NCBI GenBank assembly: GCA_039630545.1
Contig: JBCNUU010000015.1
Coordinates: 257-26,078 of the forward strand
DNA from: Endomicrobiia bacterium
Lineage (GTDB): Bacteria > Elusimicrobiota > Endomicrobiia > DTEH01
Direction of reading: 5' to 3'
Length of the DNA: 25,822 bases
Part shown: positions 18,649-25,822 of the stretch, in pieces
Layout: every line of letters starts with the position of its first letter
Numbering within the stretch: position 1 is the stretch's first letter
Notes under the pieces: generated by a model
Told to the model about the DNA's origin: nothing
The model's database searches: none
The model's input: the letters and a program-made list of their open reading frames with translations, nothing else
Program-made: the position numbers and the translations under genes

Positions 18649-19511
18649 AAAATACTATACCTCATTAAAAATGTTTCTAATAATAATTTATAATCTATAT
18701 TATATCTAAAACTTTTTAAAAAAAATTCTATTTCTTCTAAAAATTTTTGAGATGTTTTTGAAGATATATCTTTCCTGGAAATAAAATCTTCTACTACACG
18801 CATAAAAAAATACTCAGCAGCATCTTTGCTCTGAAAACCCTCAACTGTCTTTTGTATTTCTAAAATACTTTTAAATTCTAACTCAGGAGTAATTTTATCT
18901 ACAAAATTTATCTCCTGAGCAGAACCAAATACACTTTTCAAACTATGATTATTCAAAATTTTTTTTAAAATTTCATTTTTCAATGGCAAAAATTTAATTA
19001 ATTCACATCTAGAAATTATAGTTTTAGGCAAAACTCCAAGCATACTGACAATTAATATGAAAATACAATTTTTTGGAGGTTCTTCTAATAATTTTAAAAG
19101 CGAATTGGCGGCTTCTTTCTGTAATGTTTCTGCTTGGTCAATTATAAATATCTTATTGTTTCCTTCATAAGAACTTAATCCAGACAGCTGTTTTATATAT
19201 CTTATTGTGTCTATACTTATTGTTGTTGTATCTTTTTTTTCTAAAATGCGCCACTGAAACTCTAAATCTACTAAAATCACATCTGGATGAATATTATTAT
19301 CTATTTTCTTACAAATATCACATACATCACAGCTTAAAAACTCTTCTTTATTTTTACATAAAAGTGACTTCGCAAACTGCAAAGCAGTAAATTTTTTACC
19401 GATACCCTTTATTCCATAAAAAATATATGAATGTTTAACATTTCCAGTCTTAATTTCATTTACCAAAATCTCAACAGCTTTAGATTGACCTAATACATCT
19501 TTTAAACTCAT
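18630..19511 (-). CDS. holB: DNA polymerase III subunit delta'
   Basis: HSYIFYGIKGIGK, zinc motif C...CDVCDIC, HPD, AANSLLKLLEEPP and TIISRC. Directly downstream of tmk. Confidence 0.93.
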   Translation of the reverse strand: MSLKDVLGQSKAVEILVNEIKTGNVKHSYIFYGIKGIGKKFTALQFAKSLLCKNKEEFLSCDVCDICKKIDNNIHPDVILVDLEFQWRILEKKDTTTISIDTIRYIKQLSGLSSYEGNNKIFIIDQAETLQKEAANSLLKLLEEPPKNCIFILIVSMLGVLPKTIISRCELIKFLPLKNEILKKILNNHSLKSVFGSAQEINFVDKITPELEFKSILEIQKTVEGFQSKDAAEYFFMRVVEDFISRKDISSKTSQKFLEEIEFFLKSFRYNIDYKLLLETFLMRYSILCTKNL

Positions 19512-20131
19512 AAGTTAAACTTTGAATTTAAAATTTCTACTATTTCTTGATGAGTTTGGTAAGGTGTTTTATTTTTTGTGTTAATAATATAGAAATTTTT
19601 TTTATTTTTAAAAATTTTTAAATAACCTTCTCTTATTTTTTTATGAAAATTTAAATCTTCGTTTTCTAATCTATCAAATTTTTTCTTTGTATTTTTTACT
19701 CTTTTTAAACCTTCTTTGGCTGGGACATCTAATAAAAAAACTATATCTGGTTTAGTATTACCAAGTATAAGTTTGTTTAGTTTTTCTATTACTTTAATAT
19801 CTAAATTTCTAGCATATCCTTGATATACAATTGTAGAGTAATAAAACCTATCACATATCACTATCTTGCCTTTTTTCAGAGAGGGTATTATCACATCTTC
19901 AACATGCTGAGCTCTTGCTGCTTCATATAACAGAAGCTCTGTAAGGGGAGTAATATTATACTTTGTAGAAAGAATGATTTTCCTTATAGCTTCGGATACT
20001 TTTGTTCCTCCTGGTTCCCTTGTGAGAACTACTTTATAATTTTTGCTTTTTAGATAATCAAACAAAAATTTTGCCTGAGTTGTTTTACCTGCACCTTCTG
20101 GACCATCAAATACAATAAATAGTTTTTTCAT
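19508..20131 (-). CDS. tmk: Thymidylate (dTMP) kinase
   Basis: P-loop DGPEGAGKTTQ, TREPGGT, ARAQH, CDRF..ST.YQG, PD...LLD and DRLE. Confidence 0.97.
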   Translation of the reverse strand: MKKLFIVFDGPEGAGKTTQAKFLFDYLKSKNYKVVLTREPGGTKVSEAIRKIILSTKYNITPLTELLLYEAARAQHVEDVIIPSLKKGKIVICDRFYYSTIVYQGYARNLDIKVIEKLNKLILGNTKPDIVFLLDVPAKEGLKRVKNTKKKFDRLENEDLNFHKKIREGYLKIFKNKKNFYIINTKNKTPYQTHQEIVEILNSKFNL

Positions 20132-22086
20132 TTAAGCAAAAATCGACTTTTTTTAACATAATTTAGCTTCCCGCCATAAAGAATAATTTCTTTTTCTTCT
20201 TGTGTTAAATAAAGTTTAAACCTTATTAGTGCAGATTTTTTAATTAACTTAGCCTCTATCTCATTAGAATTCTTAATTTGCTGTGAAATTTTTTCAAATA
20301 AAATTTCTTCTGTCTCTTCTATTTCTTTATAATCTTCTTCATTTAAAAACTCCAGAGGTATTATTCCAAAATTTATTAAGTTGTTTTTATGAATTCTTGC
20401 AAAAGATTTAGCTATTACTATTCTTATACCATTGTATCTTTGAACAATCGCAGCATGTTCTCTTGAAGATCCCTGTCCATAATTATGACCAGCTATTATT
20501 ACAAAATTTTTTTGTGGATGTTCCTTTATTTTTTCTATAAGCTGTGGATATTTATTAAAAAACATATACTGACTTATAGCAGGTATATTGGATCTTAAAG
20601 ATAATATCTTTGTTCCTGCTGGTAAGATATCATCTGTGGAAATATTATCCGGAAGTTTTTTTATTACAACTAACTTCAAATTTTCCTCTAAAGTAGTAAA
20701 TTCAGGCAATGGCTTTATATTGGGGCCATAAAACACTTTAATTTTTCGTGAATTTTTAGGTGGATAAATAAAATCTTGTTTTAAATTTGTTTTTTTTGGG
20801 ATATTAATTTTAGGATATTTACCTAGAACTTTAGGATGAACAATCTTTCCGTATATTGCAGCAGCTACTGCTGTTTCTACACTGGAAAGATAAACCTTAG
20901 CATCTTTAGTTCCTGAGCGTCCTTCAAAATTTCTGTTAAATGTTCTTAAAGATACCCCAGCACTTATCGGAGCTTGGCCTTGTCCTATACAAGCACCACA
21001 AACCGGCTCCATAACCCGCACACCTGCTTTATATAAATTTTCTAAAAGTTTTAGTTTTTCAAGTATAAGTAAAACCTTTTTAGAACCCGGATAAACTACA
21101 ACGGAAACATTAGGATGAACTTTTTTGTTTCTTAACATTTTAGCTAAAAAAATCATGTCTTTAACAGAAGAATTAGTGCAACTTCCAATGCATACCTGAT
21201 CCACTTCAAGCCCTTCTATTTCTTTAACATCGACAACATTGTCTGGTGAATGTGGACACGCTACCATAGGAGAAATAGTAGATAAATCTATTTCATATGT
21301 TTCATCATATTTACAGCCTTCATCAGGATAAAAATATGTAAAGTCTTTTACTCTGTTGTGAAAAATAAAAAACTTTCTTGTTTCCTCATCTGAGGGGAAA
21401 ATAGATGAGGTAAGACCTAACTCTGTACCCATATTAGTAATTGTGGCTCTTTCATACACAGAAAGATACCGGAGTGCTTCACCTGTGTATTCAAAAACTT
21501 TATTTATTCCGCCTTTCACAGTAAATTTTTTAAGTAAATAAAGAATTAAATCTTTTGCAGATACAAATTCTTGAAATTTTCCTTTAAGATAAATATTAAC
21601 TACATAAGGCATAAGCATAGAAAAAGGTTCTCCTGCCAAAGCACAAGCTACCTCAAGCCCACCAACACCTATAGCTAACATTCCTACTGCAGAGGAAGTA
21701 GGTGTGTGACTATCTGAACCTAAAAGCACTTCCTTAGGTTTTGCAAAGTTTTCAAGGTGTAGTTGATGACAGATTCCATTCCCTGCAGGTGAAAATATTA
21801 TTCCGTATTTTTGAGCAACTGTTTGTAAGTATTTATGATCATCTGAGTTTTCAAAAGAGGATTGAAGAGTATTATGGTCAATATATGAAACAGCTGTTTT
21901 TATTTTTATTTTTTTATCTTTTTTTTCCTTTACGATGCTCTCATATTGCAAATAAACCATTGTACCTGTAGCATCTTGAGTCAATGCTTGGTCAACTTTT
22001 AACTTTATTGGTTCTAAAGGTTCTGGAAGCTGTTTTTTGTCAGTTCTTTTAGATAAAATAATTTTTTGTAGAAGATTTAATTTCAT
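20128..22086 (-). CDS. Aconitate hydratase, short (about 650 aa) single-chain type
   Basis: DQALTQDATGTM, DHN, GICHQ, GSDSHT, Fe-S ligands GSCTNS and CGACIG, RTFNRNF, and swivel-domain NYGQGSSREHAA and SFARIH. Confidence 0.93.
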   Translation of the reverse strand: MKLNLLQKIILSKRTDKKQLPEPLEPIKLKVDQALTQDATGTMVYLQYESIVKEKKDKKIKIKTAVSYIDHNTLQSSFENSDDHKYLQTVAQKYGIIFSPAGNGICHQLHLENFAKPKEVLLGSDSHTPTSSAVGMLAIGVGGLEVACALAGEPFSMLMPYVVNIYLKGKFQEFVSAKDLILYLLKKFTVKGGINKVFEYTGEALRYLSVYERATITNMGTELGLTSSIFPSDEETRKFFIFHNRVKDFTYFYPDEGCKYDETYEIDLSTISPMVACPHSPDNVVDVKEIEGLEVDQVCIGSCTNSSVKDMIFLAKMLRNKKVHPNVSVVVYPGSKKVLLILEKLKLLENLYKAGVRVMEPVCGACIGQGQAPISAGVSLRTFNRNFEGRSGTKDAKVYLSSVETAVAAAIYGKIVHPKVLGKYPKINIPKKTNLKQDFIYPPKNSRKIKVFYGPNIKPLPEFTTLEENLKLVVIKKLPDNISTDDILPAGTKILSLRSNIPAISQYMFFNKYPQLIEKIKEHPQKNFVIIAGHNYGQGSSREHAAIVQRYNGIRIVIAKSFARIHKNNLINFGIIPLEFLNEEDYKEIEETEEILFEKISQQIKNSNEIEAKLIKKSALIRFKLYLTQEEKEIILYGGKLNYVKKSRFLLK

Positions 22087-22210
22087 AGAGTTACTGTCTT
22101 TTTAAAAAATTCTATTGAGATTTAAATTATAAGAAAATTATAAAAATTTAAATTTTAAATCAACAAGAATATAAAAAGGAAGAGTAATTTACTGCTAGAA
22201 GCAGAATATA

Positions 22211-23269
22211 TTACATAGAGGATAAAAATTTTTTCAAATCAAATTTTTCTTTAAACAAATTCTTAATCTTTTCTATTTTTTTGTTTTCTTTTATTCTGCC
22301 TCTTTCTGCTAATAATTCTATCTTTGTAACAACACTAAAAGTATCCTCTTCAACTAAAACAAGTGGAACTCCACATGAAATTGCTTTAGCCAGCACAATA
22401 TCATTGACACCTGTCCCACCTGTTAAAATTAAAACCTTGGTAGAAGTCTCTAAAGCAGCAAGTTGAATATCTGTTCTATGAACACCTGTAATTACTGCTT
22501 TGTTAGGTTTGATTTTAAAGTATCTTAAGGCATTATCAACATCCATAGCTCCGATACTGTAGTTTTCAACAAATTCATCAAGTCTATCTTCACAACATAG
22601 CACCTTACCATTTAAAACATCTACAAGTTCTCTGATAGTTAAGGCTTCGAGAAATTTATCTTTTAAAAAGTAAGCAAACACTTTTATTTTTTCTTTTTCT
22701 AAAAACGGGATAATTTCTTTAGATACATGATTTTCTAAATTTTCAGGAACTTTATTGATTATACAACCCAAAAAATCATCACTTAAAATACTCTTTAGCC
22801 CAATTATATTATCGAGACTCAAGTCTATATTAAAACTTTCTACAAGTAAAATTTTCGTTTTGATCTCTTTGGCTATTTTTAAAGAAAATAAACCAACTGT
22901 AGAACCTGTAAATAAATCTCCGGCACCAGAAATTATAAGATAATCTTTGTCTTTAACAGAATAAATAGCATCAAAAATTTTTTGTTTAAAAATAGCTTGT
23001 TTTTGAGGCTCTTTTAATATAGAATGTACAACATCATAAGTTAAAACGAAAGGAGAGACAACATTGTTTTCTTCTTTTAGAGAAAATATATCTTTTATTA
23101 ACAGGGCTGATTCGTCATATATATTACCATTTATAATTTTAGGAAGATTACCCACTGGTTTTATATATCCTGTTCTATAGTTATTTTCAATTAAAGAATT
23201 AATAATCCCTATAGATGAAAAATTCTTACCAGCGTATGGCTGTAAAGAAATAATGTATATTTTCTTCAT
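22211..23269 (-). CDS. Phosphotransacetylase-N-terminal-like protein (BioD-like P-loop plus DRTGG domain), no catalytic Pta domain
   Basis: PYAGK P-loop-like motif, GYIKPVG, IINKVP, IGAM and ITGVHRTDIQLAALE...LILTGG. Only 352 aa. GGAGG RBS. Confidence 0.85.
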   Translation of the reverse strand: MKKIYIISLQPYAGKNFSSIGIINSLIENNYRTGYIKPVGNLPKIINGNIYDESALLIKDIFSLKEENNVVSPFVLTYDVVHSILKEPQKQAIFKQKIFDAIYSVKDKDYLIISGAGDLFTGSTVGLFSLKIAKEIKTKILLVESFNIDLSLDNIIGLKSILSDDFLGCIINKVPENLENHVSKEIIPFLEKEKIKVFAYFLKDKFLEALTIRELVDVLNGKVLCCEDRLDEFVENYSIGAMDVDNALRYFKIKPNKAVITGVHRTDIQLAALETSTKVLILTGGTGVNDIVLAKAISCGVPLVLVEEDTFSVVTKIELLAERGRIKENKKIEKIKNLFKEKFDLKKFLSSM

Positions 23270-23286
23270 TATTTTTCCTCCAAAAA

Positions 23287-25392
23287 TTAATTATTAAATA
23301 AATTATCTGAAATTATAATTCTTGCATCCAGACCTAAAACTTCTTTTTCAAAACATGCCAATGGATTTATATCTAACTCAATTATCTGTGGAAAATCTTT
23401 TAACAACTGAGAAATTCTAAGCAAAACTTCTACCACCGCATCTATATCAACAGGTTTTTCTCCTCTTATTCCCTTAAGAATTTTGTATGCTTTAAGCTCA
23501 GATATCATTTCATATGCTTCTGTTTTTGAAATAGGTACTATTCTAAAAGAAATATCATTTAACACTTCAACATAAATTCCTCCTAATCCAACTGCTATCA
23601 TATGTCCAAAAGTTCTGTCATAACTTGCTCCTACAATAAGTTCTCTATGGGCTTTAACCATTTGATAAATATTTACACCTTCAATAAAAACATCATGCAT
23701 TGCTTTCTTGGCATTTATAGTTATTTCTAAAAAGGCTTTCTCTACTTCTTCGTCGTTTTTAAGGTTAAGTTTTACTCCACCTACTTCTGTTTTGTGTAAA
23801 ATCTCAGGAGAAGAAACTTTCATCACAACAGGATATCCTATTTGTTTTGCAACTTCAACTGCTTCTTGAGGAGTTTTAGCAAAACCTCTTTTTGGAAATT
23901 TCAATCCATAACAAGATAAAAATTCCATTGCTAAACTATCTTTTATCTGAAAATTCTTTTTAGAAATGAATTTACTCATTAGCATATAAGCTTCTTCTTT
24001 TTTAATATCTCCAAATTCATCTATAGGTTCTTGAAGTGGTCGTTTTTTCCATCTGCTAAAATCATAAAGTTTTTTAAAAACAGAAACAGTAGCTTCTGGA
24101 TAAGGGAATGCAGGGATATTATTAGCTTGAAACATTTCATAGGCTTTTTTAACTTTAATATCACCCATAAAACAACAAAAAATTGGTTTGGAAGTTTTTC
24201 TGTCTTTTTCAATAATTATCTCAGCAACTTTCTCTACTTCAGTCATGGCTTGCGCAGTAAGAATTATCATTATCCCATCAATATTTTCTTCGTTTATTAC
24301 TTTCTCCAAAACAAATTTATATCTTTCTGCATCGGCATCTCCGATGATATCAACTGGATTATATAAAGAAGCATTTTTTGGTAGTTTTTCCTTGAGAGCC
24401 TCTATTGTTTCTTTACTTAAAACTGGAAGTTCAAACCCGTTTTTTTCGCAAGCATCCGCTGCTAATATTCCTGGGCCTCCTGCATTTGTAATAATTAAGA
24501 GTCTGTTGCCGTCAAGAAGCTTTTTTTTAGCTAAACCTATCCCGTAGAAAAAGAACTCATCTATTCCTTTTGCTCTTATCAAACCTGCTTGCTTAGATGC
24601 TGTATCAAATGCAACATCAGAACCAGCTAATGCTCCTGTATGAGATGATGCTGCTCTTGCACCATATTTTGTACCACCTGCTTTTATCAAAATAACTGGT
24701 TTTATTTTTGTCAATTTTTTTGCAACTTCTAAAAATTTTTTGCCATCAGTAACATCTTCAATATATCCAAGTATAACATCTGTATCTGGATCTTTCATAA
24801 AGTATTCCAAACAATCTATTTCTGTTACATCCATTTTATTGCCTAAACTGATAAATTTTGCAATGCCAATATTTTTGCTATACGATAATTCAAGTATAAC
24901 AGCACCTAATGCTCCTGATTGTGAGAATAAAGAAACTCTTCCTCCAGGAGGAGTTATACTGGCAAAAGTTGCGTTTAAACCATTTGATGTATTTATTACA
25001 CCTAAACAATTAGGACCCACGATCTTTATTTTGTCTTTAGCAATTTTTTTAATTTCTTCTTCTAATTTAGCTCCTTCCGGACCAGTCTCTTTAAAACCGG
25101 CAGTGATTATCACGGCTGCTTTAACCTGAATATCTATTGCTTCTTTTATCACTTGAAGTGTAAATGCTGGAGGAACGCATACTACCACAAGCTCTACAGG
25201 CATGTTAATTTCCTTTAATGATTTGTAACATCTAATACCTAAAATTTCTTCTGCCTGTGGATTTACAGGATAGATTTTACCCCTGTATCCAGATGAAATA
25301 AGATTTTTTAAAATAGCATGTCCTACTTTTTTTTCATCCCTTGAAGCACCTATTATAGCAACTGATCGTGGATTAAAAATTGAATTTAACAT
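23287..25392 (-). CDS. Acetate/acyl--CoA ligase (ADP-forming), fused alpha-beta chain
   Basis: CoA-binding PRSVAIIGAS...YPVNP, AGFKE, GPNCLG, SQSGA, phospho-His in SSHTGALAG, TNAGGPG and NPVD. The ATP-grasp domain has GYPVVMKV...HKTEVGGV, FGH and ELDINP. No GNAT domain. Confidence 0.93.
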   Translation of the reverse strand: MLNSIFNPRSVAIIGASRDEKKVGHAILKNLISSGYRGKIYPVNPQAEEILGIRCYKSLKEINMPVELVVVCVPPAFTLQVIKEAIDIQVKAAVIITAGFKETGPEGAKLEEEIKKIAKDKIKIVGPNCLGVINTSNGLNATFASITPPGGRVSLFSQSGALGAVILELSYSKNIGIAKFISLGNKMDVTEIDCLEYFMKDPDTDVILGYIEDVTDGKKFLEVAKKLTKIKPVILIKAGGTKYGARAASSHTGALAGSDVAFDTASKQAGLIRAKGIDEFFFYGIGLAKKKLLDGNRLLIITNAGGPGILAADACEKNGFELPVLSKETIEALKEKLPKNASLYNPVDIIGDADAERYKFVLEKVINEENIDGIMIILTAQAMTEVEKVAEIIIEKDRKTSKPIFCCFMGDIKVKKAYEMFQANNIPAFPYPEATVSVFKKLYDFSRWKKRPLQEPIDEFGDIKKEEAYMLMSKFISKKNFQIKDSLAMEFLSCYGLKFPKRGFAKTPQEAVEVAKQIGYPVVMKVSSPEILHKTEVGGVKLNLKNDEEVEKAFLEITINAKKAMHDVFIEGVNIYQMVKAHRELIVGASYDRTFGHMIAVGLGGIYVEVLNDISFRIVPISKTEAYEMISELKAYKILKGIRGEKPVDIDAVVEVLLRISQLLKDFPQIIELDINPLACFEKEVLGLDARIIISDNLFNN

Positions 25393-25452
25393 TTTAATAA
25401 ACTTTCCTTAAATAGAAATTATAGATTTCCAAATTGGTGACCAACTTTTAAA

Positions 25453-25821
25453 TTACCCACATAACTCTCTGTAGATAGTTAATATTCTATTTGCAGAAAC
25501 TTCCCAGTTATAATTTTTAATAAGATAATCTAAAATTAAATCCTTTTCCTTTTTAGAAATTCCTAAATTATATAAACTTATAATTTTTTCTTTTAACAAT
25601 TCAATATCTCCAGGTGGAAAATATCTATAACTTGGTAAAGGAATTTCTTTATGGGGAGGAATATCGCTCACCAAAACTGGCAAACCATAACTTAAAGCTT
25701 CAAGCAGAGCTATCGGTAAACCTTCATGGTAAGAAGGCAATACAAAAAGCCCTGCGTTGGAATACAACTCCATAAGGGATTCATCAGTAAGAATTCCTGT
25801 TAATACTACTCCAGTGGTTTC
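25453..25821 (-). CDS. Glycosyltransferase family 4 (GT-B), C-terminal part; gene extends beyond the right edge
   Basis: The frame is open upstream of the ORF-track ATG to the window edge (ETTGVVLTGILTDESLMELY...). EX7E motif in FVLPSYHEGLPIALLEALSYG, followed by SDIP and YNW. Confidence 0.9.
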   Translation of the reverse strand, partial: ETTGVVLTGILTDESLMELYSNAGLFVLPSYHEGLPIALLEALSYGLPVLVSDIPPHKEIPLPSYRYFPPGDIELLKEKIISLYNLGISKKEKDLILDYLIKNYNWEVSANRILTIYRELCG

Positions 25822-25822
25822 T

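Noticed and set aside
1123..25129. Short 60-130 aa ORFs (1123, 1488, 2348, 4925, 7940, 9371, 10613, 11935, 13720, 14483, 16782, 19205, 21741, 22281, 22755, 24021, 24031, 24188, 24740)
   Set aside because: All lie wholly within well-supported genes, antisense or out of frame. Their composition is typical of shadow ORFs and they have no recognisable motifs.
23287..25392. Possible protein lysine acetyltransferase (Pat/YfiQ)
   Set aside because: No GNAT domain at either end and both catalytic histidines are retained, consistent with an active ADP-forming ligase.
25453..25773. 106-aa glycosyltransferase fragment as a pseudogene
   Set aside because: The frame stays open to the window edge, so the truncation is a windowing artefact.

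Overview
AT-rich, gene-dense bacterial core-genome window, probably from a diderm. Elusimicrobiota-like affinity is only my impression from protein style and is untested. Left block (minus strand): smc, a WecB/TagA/CpsF glycosyltransferase, a DUF362/ferredoxin gene, and a CDS truncated by the window edge. Middle block (plus strand): tRNA-Leu(TAG), tig, clpP, clpX and lon. These are followed by a two-gene surface module: a 1111-aa secreted protein (7-blade propeller, 7 carboxypeptidase-regulatory-like repeats, T9SS-like C-terminal domain) and a PorV/PorQ-like beta-barrel. Right block (minus strand): a partial GT4, ADP-forming acyl-CoA synthetase, a DRTGG/BioD-like protein, and the tightly coupled run aconitase-tmk-holB-ricT(PSP1)-metG-radical SAM. 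I found no mobile elements or CRISPR arrays. The most interesting points are the T9SS-like cargo/barrel pair with a candidate ECF-sigma promoter, a ClpP with Asn in place of the catalytic Asp, and an SMC hinge lacking the conserved glycine motif. All family calls come from motif recognition; no database searches were run.
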